Of a stretch of 64,000 bases of DNA, positions 13,191 through 27,224 are shown in pieces. Made by a program: the position numbers and the translations under genes. Every line of letters begins with the position of its first letter. Position 1 is the first letter of the stretch. Location: positions 100,192,001 through 100,256,000 of the forward strand of contig NC_043000.1 of assembly GCF_006345805.1 (NCBI RefSeq). Reading direction: 5' to 3'. The notes below the pieces were generated by a model. It did not search any database. It saw only the letters and a list, made by a program, of their open reading frames with translations, and had not been told where the DNA came from. This stretch comes from Octopus sinensis. Its lineage: Eukaryota.

Positions 13191-14711
13191 AAATGTATGC
13201 ATACTGTAAGTTGTTTTGCGCAGTTTTGCGCCAAGGTGTCTGCAATTTTTCACAGAGGAACATCTTTGAAAGAGCTCATATGTTATGTGACTTTACTGTT
13301 ATTTTCTAGAAACCCAAGCAAGGTAGGGTACTGCTGCTTGTAATAAAGCAAGCAAAAGCCTCAATGTGTAATTCTTACGTCTGAATTTTTTATCTCTAAA
13401 TTAGCCGATGGGTTGTTAGGGCCGCAGCCGTTTGCAAGCGACGCTCTGATAGAAGAATTCTGAGCTTTATATCTGAGATAAGACAGGTTTATCTTCAAAC
13501 GTGTACCAAGAATCCAAGAACCAAGAGCATTAAGCTAACTACTTCAAGAATACAATTTTAGCGGTGAGATATATGTAGAATCTAAAATTCGAACACATGG
13601 AACGCGGTTTTACTTATTTTAACTTTAGGAAATAATCAACATTGTTTATTAATTAAACTATTTGTTAATTTACTTACGTAATTTATTTTGGGATAAGACG
13701 CGCTAAATTTGCTGTCGACACGTTATGCAAGCAACACTCTTTGTGTGTTTCTCATTAGTTTGGCGCACCCATGTTTTGTTCATCTATTTCTATTATTCAT
13801 TATTTCCTACATCTACTTTCCTTCCAACCAACATATCCCACACCACACACAAGAGTTTAGGTACTTCTCTTTCTATCCGGTTTCTTTGCTTCTTGCGTCT
13901 GCTATTTCAAAAACTATTGAAGTGAGACTAGGAAGTCCAATTATTTTATCAATGGTAGTAAGTAAATTAAAACAACAAAATTAATTTTATTGCTTTAATT
14001 TTCCAGTTTGCAAGTTTCAGCAGATTATATGGATTTGTAAGAACCAGAACCTGCTCTATCCATCATACGAGATACACTAGGCGTGAAAAATGTTTCACAC
14101 GAGAAACGACATCTATGCCAGCAGGAGTTTCCAGCAACTGGGCGGTGAACCAATACCTGGTCATACAGAAAGAATAAACATTAAAAATTCATTTCTATTT
14201 TATTGACTATCGCTGTCAGCAGGATATCTTTGTAATATATTCTTTTTAAAGTCTTAGACAAAGTGAAACTAGAATGAGATTTCGCAGTTATTCGTAGTAG
14301 GTCTTGGGCTAATATAGAGACTTACTATCGCTGTGTTACTATGTCGCGCTCTCTACCGTTTCTGCCCAGGCATCTGTAACGATAAATTCTAACGATTACC
14401 GGAACGAAAATCAATCATTTTTCTACATCCAACTCAACATTTACTTCTGGTGTTTTGCAAGAAGGACTGAGAAACGATTGATGCGTCCCTTTCTATATTA
14501 TAGTTATGCAGCCACCAGAACACATTATTATCAGTAAAGCTGGCTGTATTGCCACTGTGTTATACGCATACGCATATGGCGGTGTTTCACATGAACAGGA
14601 TAAAAAGAAATAGGAATCCGTGACGTTCATAACTACTTTATTTTCTTCTTGTCCTTCTTCGAGGTTATCTGTCTCAAGACTACTTCCCTACCCCTCTATT
14701 TCTCTCTTTTA

Positions 14712-14746
<35 letters not shown>

Positions 14747-14873
14747 ATTTTTGCTCTCTCTCTTCTTTTCAAAAATGCTATGATTGATAACGTGAATATA
14801 TTTCTGGGATATATAAGAACTAGTCATTATAGTCAAATGGATGATACTGATAATAATAATAATAATAATAATA

Positions 14874-14917
<44 letters not shown>

Positions 14918-14918
<1 letters not shown>

Positions 14919-15790
14919 TAATTTCTTTGTTGGCCACAAGGGTCTCAAAAAGTATTTAGGACAATACAAAGACAAACGACAGACTGGATTTGCATAAACA
15001 CGTGTAAACAATGAAAACAATAACAATTAGTAAGGAAATTATAAGAACCAGCTTCCATAACAGGGAAGGGTAACCAAGGGGTTACCAAGGAACCCCATAG
15101 GTCCTCGGTCACCCCAAACGCCAAGAGTACCCTTGAAAAGTGTCCCTCTCCGTTTCGTTCTTTCCATCTTACAGACAGCAGCTTGGAGTAGAAGCATTCA
15201 CTTGGGACGTCTTCGCCACATTCACCCACCTTTAAACAAATTTACTGACGTAGGGGCAGCACATCTTTCTCAATCCTCACATTTTCTTTCAAATGCAACT
15301 TAAAAGGGTCGATGAGGGTTAGCTGAAGAGGATAGTGTCTGTCTTCAACACTTTCCACTACCTCTTTTACCAAAGCTACCCGGCAGAGAACTGCCTGCCC
15401 TTCCGGCCACAGGCAAGATCGGTCCCACAAATAATAGCAGGCATTCGATATAACTCCACAAGTCAATGAGCTCAGGCACTGAACGAATGCTTGCAACACG
15501 ATTGTGTCACTCTGCGCGCATCTCGGACATGCCCAGCTGACAGCACTGCTATGCCTGTAGAATTTATTCTGCAATGCCCTATCCACCCACACCTCGGTAG
15601 CTAGGGATTACTGGAAAGTATCCATACGTACTGGACCAAAAGTCTGGAACAGATGAACCACTTGATTCTCATCAATGCCTAGAGTCTCCCTAACGACATC
15701 ATTGCTTTTGCCCACCACCAATCCCCTATAGAACGTCATAGTGGAGCTTCTACTGACAGCAAACTCCGACTGGCACGTTAGACGCCAGGC
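14918..15790 (-). mobile_element. Tx1/L1-type LINE 3' fragment (ORF2 C-terminal zinc knuckle and 3' UTR) ending at (ATT)n
   Basis: Minus-strand translation WACPRCAQSD.IVLQAFVQC resembles a CCHC knuckle; decayed with stops. Confidence 0.65.
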
Positions 15791-15949
15791 GCCCTGCCTC
15801 GATAGAGGGAAAGACGTTATGCAATTGAATTGTGAACAAGTTAAAAAGTTTGGTATGCGAGTTACTTATATGGAATAAAAGAGTATAACAAAATACTTAG
15901 TAGTGAAAATAACATACAATTGTCACCTGATTTAAATATGGCATCCTAT

Positions 15950-16800
15950 ATTCCTGATAAAGCAATCTCCTTATTTCCGCGCTTTATATTGGTTGTGACT
16001 GAAGATTCGAGAACTCCCATGAGAAGCTCTTGCATTGCAGTGGTCAAGTTAGGGATCACATCCTGTGAATCGTTTATATATAGCACCTCATAATATCTAT
16101 CGGAAATTCGCCATCACATTTTGGTTCTTTCCATATTGTTTGGAATGTGTGCCCACCTCCTTCTCGATCTGGCACTTCGTCTGGAAACAATATAATTTGT
16201 ATAGGTTTCTAATTAAATCCTTGTGGACTGTGCGAAGGGTTGTGAGCTTTGTTTCATTCAAGGAGGAAATATCTTCTTTTTCGCGGAAGGTGAGCTCCTT
16301 TTAATAAGAGAAGTTCTCAACGGAAAGCGTCTCTTTACACAGGAAACGTACCCCACCACGCGCTTTTTTTATTGGCCTTTCCAATTGTTTATTTGGATCT
16401 TTTTCCTTTTTTCGTAAAAATCTACTGATTCTATTTGACTTCAATGGAATGTGGGTGTATTGCTGTGAGGTGGTGCTTCCTGGTCATTTAATCCCCGTTG
16501 TTATCGTTATTCCTGTGGGTGACTTATTTGTCCCCACTAGTTGTGGCTGGAAGGTGGGGCTACTAGAGTCTTTTTGCAGCACAATGTATGTTGCTCTGAT
16601 TTAGTTCTTTCAGCAAAATGTTCCATAGCTAAACTTCTGTCTTTTTTCTTTCGAAAGAACATTTGAAAACGATGGAGTTTTGTTATTATTTGCCAGATTT
16701 TCGTATGTGCTTCTGTATTGTGGTTATTGTTGCCATACGTTTTGTCTGTTATACAACGCTTTTTTGTTGAAATGTATTTTTTCTTTTTTCTGCCATCGTG
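15950..16800 (-). mobile_element. Decayed coding-like remnant, possibly LINE ORF1
   Basis: Broken minus-strand reading with TYENLANNNKTPSFSNVL; lies upstream of the Tx1-like piece on the same strand. Not firmly recognised. Confidence 0.25.
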
Positions 16801-17478
16801 TCATCACGACAATATTGCCAAGGACCAATGCAAGCATGTTTTAGTAAAACATGGATTGAAGTTTTAAACTGTAAATATCGCAGAATATTGATGATAATTA
16901 CTACATTCGCTTATTTGGCTTCTAATTGAAAAGCGCCACCAATTTCTCGTTAACACAACAGGGAATGCTTCTAGTCTCTTAATCTGAATTAATGACTAAA
17001 TGAGCGAGCATTGCACAGATACACTGTACCTTAAAATTAATTCTCAAACAGAATCAGTATCAAAGTGTTAAGAATTATAAGTACAATCTTCCCAACATGC
17101 TTCTTTATAGTTGCATCTCCTCAATTTCAGTTACACATATAGATCGAATAGAGGCTGTAGAAAATGTAGAGGGATCGAACCTAGATCTCATAGTTGTAAA
17201 GCGAACTTTCTATATTTTTGGCCATAATGAGCCTACACTGGCTGTGTAACTGTAATAAATCAACATTTACATTTATTGAGCAGTTGTTTGCTAGGATTGT
17301 TAGAGCTACGACAAAATTCTATACGGTATATAGTTACGTTTTTAAACCACGGGATTTCAATCCCTTTGAGTTTGCTTTTCCCTTTTATCTTTCCGGATCG
17401 ATAAATGTGCCTGTCAAGTAATTGAGATATGTTTATTATGTGTGTGTCTATACATGGATATATACATGTATGAATAAG

Positions 17479-17617
<139 letters not shown>

Positions 17618-17968
17618 CATGTATGTATGTATGTATATACATATACGTACATACACACACATGCAAGGCAAGGCATAGATAATGGCTCTTACATATTACT
17701 TTATGGCAGTAAATGTAACTTACAGCTGTTTCCAGTAATCATTGTAGGTTTGTTATTGATTGGTTTCCTCAATCAGCCCATTGATCGGTTGAGAAAAATT
17801 GAACGACCTAAAGAATTTATTCTATTTTCGACATAGTCCTTTTCGTCACCTTCACACTATATATATATATAAGTCACTGCTGGTGATATCATCAATTTTA
17901 AAATTCATCCACAGATGATATGAGCAATAGTGATATCTGATTTCAAATCTCAGTGTTTGAATGTTTTG

Positions 17969-17996
<28 letters not shown>

Positions 17997-18000
<4 letters not shown>

Positions 18001-19757
18001 ACAATCAAGGAACGGCCATAATAGGCCATTCATCCACTAGAAATAACAGCCAAAGCTTCAACCGCAAATAAAAATCAATTCCGTAAACAGGAGAAAATTT
18101 TAAAAACATTTACCCTGTAATTTCTTATACGATGCACCGTTTCATCTGCTGTTTAATGGCAAACTAACCTGATTAAATTAAATCAAGCCAATCTTCCATA
18201 GGCCCTCAGATTCTTCAGTAAGAAATAGCCCAAGTCGGAACAGATATTTACACGAGGCATTTCCGACCCTGCCAAGGTAATATCTGACCTAAAATTTTCA
18301 AATCATCGCACTCGCGCCAAATTTATCGGCAGCAAATAAATATAAGCCGTCGATTCCATTACGGAATTAACCAGAAAATTCATAATTAATCAATATAGGG
18401 TGGCAAAAAAAAAAAATTTTGTAGAATTTTTTTGCCACCAGCGGCCTAGTGGGAAAAAATTAAATAGTCATAGACCATTTTTAAGTTCAACATCAACAAT
18501 CAAGGAACGGCCATAATAGGCCATTCACCCACTAGAAATAACAGCCAAAGCTTCAACCGCAAATAAAAATCAATTCCGTAAACAGGAGAAAATTTAAAAA
18601 ACATTTACCCTGTAATTTCTTATACGATGCACCGTTTCATCTGCTGTTTAATGGCAAACTAACCTGATTAAATTAAATCAAGCCAATCTTCCATAGGCCC
18701 TCAGATTCTTCAGTAAGAAATAGCCCAAGTCGGAACAGATATTTACACGAGGCATTTCCGACCCTGCCAAGGTAATATCTGACCTAAAATTTTCAAATCA
18801 TCGCACTCGCGCCAAATTTATCGGCAGCAAATAAATATAAGCCGTCGATTCCATTACGGAATTAACCAGAAAATTCATAATTAATCAATATAGGGTGGCA
18901 AAAAAAAATTTTGTAGAATTTTTTTGCCACCAGCGGCCTAGTGGGAAAAAATTAAATAGTCATAGACCATTTTTAAGTTCAACATCAACAATCAAGGAAC
19001 GGCCATAATAGGCCATTCACCCACTAGAAATAACAGCCAAAGCTTCAACCGCAAATAAAAATCAATTCCGTAAACAGGAGAAAATTTAAAAAACATTTAC
19101 CCTGTAATTTCTTATACGATGCACCGTTTCATCTGCTGTTTAATGGCAAACTAACCTGATTAAATTAAATCAAGCCAATCTTCCATAGGCCCTCAGATTC
19201 TTCAGTAAGAAATAGCCCAAGTCGGAACAGATATTTACAGATATTTTGCCACCCTATATTGATTAATTATGAATTTTCTGGTTTATTCCGTAATGGAATC
19301 GACGGCTTATATTTATTTGCTGCCGATAAATTTGGCGCGAGTGCGATGATTTGAAAATTTTAGGTCAGATATTACCTTGGCAGGGTCGGAAATGCCTCGT
19401 GTAAATATCTGTTCCGACTTGGGCTATTTCTTACTGAAGAATCTGAGGGCCTATGGAAGATTGGCTTGATTTAATTTAATCAGGTTAGTTTGCCATTAAA
19501 CAGCAGATGAAACGGTGCATCGTATAAGAAATTACAGGGTAAATGTTTTTTAATTTTCTCCTGTTTACGGAATTGATTTTTATTTGCGGTTGAAGCTTTG
19601 GCTGTTATTTCTAGTGGGTGAATGGCCTATTATGGCCGTTCCTTGATTGTTGATGTTGAACTTAAAAATGGTCTATGACTATTTAATTTTTTCCCACTAG
19701 GCCGCTGGTGGCAAAAAAATTCTACAAAATTTTTTTTTTTTTGCCACCCTATATTGA

Positions 19758-19765
<8 letters not shown>
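17997..19765. repeat. ~495-bp unit in 2.5 direct tandem copies followed by ~1.05 inverted copies, bounded by (TA)n
   Basis: Units start at 17997, 18492 and 18984. Segment 19244-19765 is the reverse complement of about 18383-18904. Confidence 0.92.
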
Positions 19766-19804
<39 letters not shown>

Positions 19805-20097
19805 TACAAACATACAGTGTAAATTTGACGAAAATACAACACTAAAACGAGATAAAAAGTAAACACAGATTTGGTATTAGTCTGATGCTCAGAAAATGGG
19901 GGAAAAGAAGAAAGTGTCTTTAATGTTTTGATTATACACTCTTTTTCTGAAAGATATTATACAGATAGAGAGAAAAATACAGTGAAGGAATATTGGAGAC
20001 TAGAAACACGCGTATATCCAACCGTCATGGCATCGTGAAAGAACGGAAGTAGAAGAGATGACGTTTTAAGCGTAACATGAGGCACAACTGTATCCTG

Positions 20098-20142
<45 letters not shown>

Positions 20143-21100
20143 CGTGTGTGTGTGTGTGTGCGTGCGTGTGTGCGCGCGGTGTGTGAGCGTGTGTTTGCTT
20201 GTTTGTATGTGTGTGTATGTAAGAGCATGAGTGACAGTAATTTGTATGTGTATATTGTTTAAGCGTGATGGTGTGTTTAGTGTAGGTGTTTGTCGGATTT
20301 TGAATGTGATGGCGAAGGCACGATTTTTATATACATGAATGTGTGCATACACTCCCCAGAAATTTGCGTACTCGTGCTTAGGATATAAATCAATTGTCAC
20401 AACGCTTCGATCGGTTCGGTTGTTTCTGATCATCATCAGAGCTATTATTCCCAGATATGTACATAGAAACCAGACAACATTCGAACGAAACATCCATTCT
20501 TTGACTAAGCATATCACTCTTATTCAAGAGGCCGCCTGTACATGTGTACCATGACGAACCGAGATAAACCCGATTGAAATGTAATGTGGATGTAAATACT
20601 GAGTAAATAAAAAGAAAAATAAGACCTTCATCTCTGAGGATGAAATTAGTAATCTAGAAAAACTATAATCTTATTGATATGGTTGTATATTGATATCTAT
20701 TCTTTCTATATTCACTCATCTATTACTAATACACTGACGTAAAATACAATGGCTGACTCTCACTCTTAAAATGGCGTCTTTGTAAGTCGAAAGCTCAACT
20801 TGTAACAACTTAACAATTACCTTATTGTGATATTAAATACATCTCTTCTACCTAATAAAGTGACAAATTATCAGAAAGTACGAGCGAGTTCACAGAGGAA
20901 AAGAAAAGAAAAAGGAATTACTGAAATTGAGTTGCAATCGTGTATTTATATTCACCGATTCAAATGAAAGGCTACTTATTTTTCAAGTTCTTATTTATTT
21001 ATTTTTTCTTGTAATTGTGTATCGGATGATAGTACAAGTACTGAACGTGTGGTTTTTGTTTCGTGAAATGCTTCCTAATACATTGTTATATAAATATATA

Positions 21101-21581
21101 CCGTAAATCCTCGAGTATAGTCCGCCCTTGAGTATAATACGCAGGGGATTTTTAGGGGGCTGTACCTCTGAAAAACCTAAACCTTGTGTATAATACGCAC
21201 CCTTTCTCTAACTTTAGTCAAGGAGGTCTATATAGCGTCCTTGGTTTGCAAAAATGTATACGGTAACGTCCTTTATTATTATTGTATGTATAACATAGTG
21301 CAAACGTGTAGCTTTTTTGTGCATTTTGTCTGCAGAAAATAAAGAAATAACAATAATAACGTTTAATAAATGTTACTAACTGCAAGTTATGGATGATTTA
21401 GGGTATTATCGCGCCCGACATCACAAAATGCGTCTGAATAAACATTGTCGGACAACAAATAGAGACTCGTACGTTGCTTAGAAAATAATTTTCATTTTTA
21501 ACCTCGTATATAGTATGCACTAGAGATTTTGACCTTTAAATTTGGGGAAAAAAATGAGGATTATTACTCGAGGATTTACAG
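21101..21581. mobile_element. Tc2/pogo-like MITE (481 bp)
   Basis: TIRs ccgtaaatcctcgagta / tactcgaggatttacag (1 mismatch), with TA on both flanks. Confidence 0.8.
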
Positions 21582-21592
21582 TACATGTGAGT

Positions 21593-21660
<68 letters not shown>

Positions 21661-21676
21661 GATATATGAATATATA

Positions 21677-21846
21677 CGAAGGGGGTTGAATATGATTTAA
21701 TTCAACATATTCCCCTCTCAGATTCATACACTTCTTGCAGTGGTCCTTCAGTATTTCCAAGCGCTGTAAAAGAACTCAGAAGGTTAGGCCTCTAATCAGG
21801 CCTTTCGCAATAACCTTAAAGCCAGGAACTTTTCAGCAACCTCTCG
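21677..21846. mobile_element. Mariner-derived miniature element (~170 bp)
   Basis: Ends TA-cgaagggggttgaa and ggaacttttcagcaacctctcg-TA; mariner-type TIR, left end partly deleted. Confidence 0.6.
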
Positions 21847-21910
21847 TACGTGTGTATGTATGCATGGATGTATGTATATATGTATATCTGTGTGTGTATC
21901 TGTATATATA

Positions 21911-21963
<53 letters not shown>

Positions 21964-22230
21964 AATGTGTGTGTATATATATATCTGTGCGTGTGTGTAT
22001 ATATACGTGCGCACACGCACACGCATACATACATACATACATACATACATACATACATACATACATACATACACGCTTGCATGCATACATTCATGCATAA
22101 ACAATTCTGACTTTCTGGATACTGCTGGTTTAATTTAGAGTGTGTTGGCCAAGGTGAGAAACTGACTCGGAGAAAATTAGTAATACAAAACGGCTTTGGA
22201 CCAAAGGTTTCATAAAATTGAAGTTGTAAA

Positions 22231-22272
<42 letters not shown>

Positions 22273-22639
22273 TGTTATTTGCACTATGTAACACGTCTAG
22301 GCTAGTTCAGATGCTGGTCGATTTAGTATATGCCATAGAATAACTTCTCCCATTGACACTGACAGTGTTCAACATACTCGGCTCATTCACACACAGCCTT
22401 CTAGCAATGGTGCACTTGTTCTTCGGTCTACAACGTTCCCAGAATGCCATGCACTGATGAGCCGAATATGTTATAAACCCTGTCGTAGAAGTAGGAACCC
22501 AGAAGGACTCTGCATTTCAGAATGACGGATCGGTTTTAGTGTGCTTAGTGCAGTGTCTGAAGCTGGAGACAATAAACTGGATTGAGAACTACAGATTGTT
22601 TTACCAGAGTATCTCCATACTTCCACGAAGTTGGTCCCG

Positions 22640-22835
22640 ACGCTGGAGTCGATGTTGGTCCCGATGTTGGAGTCGAATTTGCTCAAATCTTTGAAATGTG
22701 GAGAAGCAGAACAGGCGCCAAGTCCTGCGTTCTGATGCTTTGTTTTCCCAGGAAGAAAAGGGAGTTACATCGTTTCAGATTGTCTTTTAGTTTATTTTTG
22801 AAGCGCAAGAATGGCCTTCCAACTGACCTTCGTAT
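22640..22835 (-). mobile_element. RTE-clade LINE 3' coding end
   Basis: Minus strand reads RSVGRPFLRFKNKLKDNLKRC...WENKASERRTWR, a typical RTE C-terminus. Confidence 0.7.
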
Positions 22836-22903
22836 ATACATATATATATATAATATATATAATATATTATATATATATATAATAATATATATATATATAT
22901 ATA

Positions 22904-23239
22904 TTACGGAGATGTACTTGCATAGCAAGTGATCTGATCTGAGATCGTGTGCTGGAACGAAAATAATTGCAGCGCGGAAAGTGTTTATAAGCCATTTTAG
23001 AAACACACAAAAACCGTTAGATTCACTTCAACATTTAATTTAATTTGTCAAAATATTTTCGTCGCTTTGAGACCGCGACCTGTTCACTGACAAAATTCCG
23101 TGCAGCACATAATTTTGTCAGTGAACAGGTCGCGGTCTCAAAGCAACGAAAATATTTTGACAAATTAAATTTAAATGTTGAAGTGAATCTAACGGTTTTT
23201 GTGTATTCTTAAATTGCTTATAAACACCTTCCACGCTGC

Positions 23240-23305
<66 letters not shown>

Positions 23306-23368
23306 ATTGCAGCGTGGAAGGTGTTTATAAGCAATTTAAGAATTACACAAAAACCGTTAGATTCACTT

Positions 23369-23374
<6 letters not shown>
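22904..23374. repeat. Fold-back element: ~135-bp inverted arms (22963-23097 / 23111-23245) with a 13-nt loop, plus a third partial arm across (TA)n
   Basis: Direct reverse-complement comparison shows only a few mismatches. Third copy at 23303-23374. Confidence 0.88.
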
Positions 23375-23412
<38 letters not shown>

Positions 23413-23583
23413 GACGACGGGCTTCTTTCCACTTACCGTCTACCAAATCCACTCACAAGGCTTTGGTCGCCCCGAGGCTATAATAAAAGACACTTGCCTA
23501 AGGTGCTACTCACGCAGTGGGACTGGACCCGGAACCATGTTGCTAGGAAGTAAACTTCTTACCACACAGCTACACCTGTGCCT
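23413..23583 (-). mobile_element. tRNA-derived SINE
   Basis: Minus-strand head ggtgtagctgtgtggtaagaag...ggttccgggtccagtccc. Confidence 0.75.
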
Positions 23584-23821
23584 TTTGTATATTATCAGTT
23601 CTCCGATGTGACCTTTAATCGAACATTGTGAAAGTTTAGCAGCTAATAAGAAAGGACACAAGTAGAATAACAGGACTAGAATATACACCTCAAGAAGTAT
23701 AGTGGATGGATAATGATAGCTACTTTTCTTTTTTCTCTTCTGTACACACACGTACTCACACACACATATATAATATATAATATATAATATATATAATATA
23801 ATATAATATAATATAATATAA

Positions 23822-23888
<67 letters not shown>

Positions 23889-24756
23889 TCCTTTATGGAT
23901 AACGTATAGCTGCAATAGTTTGCGTTTTCTGGACCATTAAATTCTTCTTTCGCGTTTCTATCGAAGCACTAATGAAAAATCAAAGAAACCGTACGTAGAA
24001 CGTATATCGGTCATTGACAACCTAAGCAATAAAACTCGAATCAGACTTTAGCCACAATATGGCGGCCATTACTGGAATAAGTTTAAATATAACCTAGATT
24101 TGATGAATGTCGGTTATAAATATATGTGCTTGTGTGCGTGTATGTGTGTGTGTGAGTGCGAATGTTTTTTTCGTCTTTGTATGTGTGTGTGTGTGGCATG
24201 GGGTGCGTCTGCGTGTGTCGTTGTTTGCTTTGTGTCAAACAGGCAGAAGGAAATTTAACTGTTTCCAGAAGAAAAATCAATCCATTCAGTCCGAGGTATG
24301 TTATTCTTACCTTTGTCTTCAATATTTGATTACATACGTATATGTGTGTATGTGTGTGAGTATTAAATGTGCGTATGTGTGTGTCAGTGTGTGTGTGTGT
24401 GTGCGTACGTATAAATGTCTGTGTATGAGTGTCTATGCATCTAGATGCCTGGCCTTTGAGTCCTTAACTCCTGATGGGATGGAAGAGGCGCCGTTTGTAG
24501 CATTTATTATATCTTGAATATGTAAACCTGACAGAGTCCTACTCAGAATTTGAGCATAACCAATGCATTTTCTTCTTTTTTTTTTTTTTACAAAGAACAA
24601 AATCGATTATAGTATTAGATTGATCTTTTATTTATGTACCCCGCGAAAGAATGAAAAGCAAAGTTGACCGGAACGAATGTCATGAAACTTTGTATCTAAA
24701 AGTAAATTAAGTCTGTAACACAATTCGCTGTTATGTTAGTAATTATGTGAGTGTTT

Positions 24757-24799
<43 letters not shown>

Positions 24800-25018
24800 T
24801 GTGTGTGTGTGTATGTGTGTGTGTGTATGTGTGTGTGTGTCTGTACCAGATACGATATTCAACTGTTGCCAAGAGCTGAACTTAATTGTCAAGAACATTA
24901 TATTGCGTCAGAGAAAGGCCTGATCAATGTCTCTTTCTTTCTTGTCCTTCACTTTCCTCTACTTCACTCTTCATTTGTCTTCACTTATGAGCCCGAGCGC
25001 GAGTATATGAGTGTGTGT

Positions 25019-25077
<59 letters not shown>

Positions 25078-25602
25078 CGCGCGTGCATGTGGCTGTGTGT
25101 CTGTGATGGAAAGGATGAGAATAAAAAGTAAAAGTAATGAACTGATTATTTGTAAGCTGTCGTCAAAGTTGAGTAAAACGGTTCAAACGTAATATTACTT
25201 ATATTGAGACAAAATAATCTCGAAAAAATCTCATTCTACTTCACCTATAGTGGGGCTTCAGTGAGGTATTTTGCCCTACCAGAAATAGCAGCCAGATTTT
25301 CCTAAAATCAGATCTCACGTTTTATAAAGGAAATTTACATTGGATAATTTAGTTTTAGGTAAATAAAAGGCGAGATGATCACGTTTTTTGTACCAGGGAC
25401 TGGCCTGGGACGACACAACTACTATATTGCCGCCGAGTCGATAAGTTTGCCTCAGTATGGTCACTCGACTTGGAAGAAATAAAAGCCAAATCTTCCTACT
25501 GTCTTAAAAATAAAGGATACATTCGATAATGTATTCCTTGAGATACATTGTATTCATATAAAAGATACTGGATGGTCATGGGTTAAACATAATGTCTCTG
25601 TT

Positions 25603-25828
25603 GCGTCGGGAGAAACGTTAGCACACCGGGCGAAATGCTTAGCGGTATTTCGTCTGCCGCTACGTTCTGAGTTCAAATTACGCCGAGGTCGACTTTGTTT
25701 TCCTCCTTTCGGGGTTGATTAAATAAGTACTAGTTACACACTGGAGTCGATATAATCGAGTTAATCCGTTTGTCTGTCCTTGTTTGTCCTCTCTGTGTTT
25801 AGCCCATGGTGGGTAGTAAAGAAATAGG
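25603..25828 (+). mobile_element. tRNA-derived SINE (aaggcggcgagctggcagaa family)
   Basis: gaaacgttagcac...ctgagttcaaatt (B box)...gtagtaaagaaatagg. Confidence 0.85.
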
Positions 25829-27224
25829 ATTGGCTTGGAACTATACGTCATTATTACATTATTACATTATTACATTTCTGTTGTCGACAGTTTGACATAT
25901 TTCTTGTGTCATGTGATCCAGTCGTTTAATCGCATGAGTCATGATATTTAGCGAGGCGAGGAATTCGATGTGCGGGCAATTGGGCAGTTGAATCTTGTAC
26001 AACCATGTACCATCTAGATTCAGGTACGTGATTGTACCAGATCGTCGAATATTGTACAACCACGTACTCCGAGGTACGAGTAACTACGCCGTCGAATGTG
26101 GCACAGATATTCATTCATGACTCCAATGAATATCTATACTAAAAGACTTCAATCAAAAAAATTGAACTAACACATACGAGAATCATTATAACCAACCTTA
26201 TTTTTAGTAAGCATCTTTAGGAATTAAGACGCTTGATGTGGATCGAATGGATCAAAGAGAATGTACTATTAATTAATATTGCAAGTTATTCTTGTATTCT
26301 TTCACGGGTTACAGTCATTGAACGTGGCCATGCTGGTGTAGCGTTTTTTATAATGAAGATGGTTGCATTTTCTTTTCTGTCATTTTTGCATCTAATATTT
26401 TAAAGAGCTTGTATTTCGCCCTTAGGTGCTCCTTCCGACTGATATAGAGATAGGATTGTTGATGCATAATAGGCTACCTACGTGAGTGTCACTACTCCAC
26501 TAGCTCACAGCAGTCTGCAGAGCTTATACGCCAGAACCTCTGATTCGCAAAGTTGGCCACTTAGCGTCCTGTGATCTTTGATGACGTCACTGAATTGTCA
26601 ATCTGTCGTCAGTTACATCCACCTTCTTGCAGCCAAAGGCCTAGTTCGAAACCATGGTCACGGAAGCCTTATTAAAAACTGCCAATTAGAGTCTGCTGAG
26701 GTTAGAACACGTAATGACAGAGCCTTTACTTGCTATTCTAGCTAAAACACTACACGCTACCCAATCGAATGACAGTTATTCTACCACTTCGAAAGAATGC
26801 TAGTCAATGTGACCCTGGGCGAGATTCGAACTCAGAATGTAACCAAATACCACAAATTATTTTTTGCGATACTATACCGATTCCGTTCTATATCGACTCA
26901 TATATAATATGATATTTTACTGACTAATTCTTCTTAGTAAACATCTTAAGAAATGAGAAACAACTTAATTAAAATGAGAAATTTATAGATATTAGGTATG
27001 TACTTAATAAGCTTATATTAACTTTTCCAATACGTCTGTAACTCAATTTTTTATACGTTAGTATTGGATGTGTTGGTAAGAATCGCTTCACAATCACATC
27101 GTTTTGGGGCTAGTTCCACTGTCTTCTGATCTAGCCCCAGGCTAACCAATGTTTTGTGAGTGGAAACTGTATAGAATTTCGGTGGGGTGTATAGAATTTC
27201 GGTGGGGTGGAAAACTGTACACAC

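Noticed and set aside
20077-20097. ATG AGG CAC AAC TGT ATC CTG|gtgagt as exon 1
   Set aside because: Phase 0 fits, but MRHNCIL+TVPGVSG is too short and not hydrophobic enough for a signal peptide, and the donor merges into a (GT)n repeat.
20769-24072. YY1-like AA(A/T)ATGGCG motifs at about 20769 and 24057 as promoter marks
   Set aside because: Isolated short motifs with no linked exon or TSS evidence.
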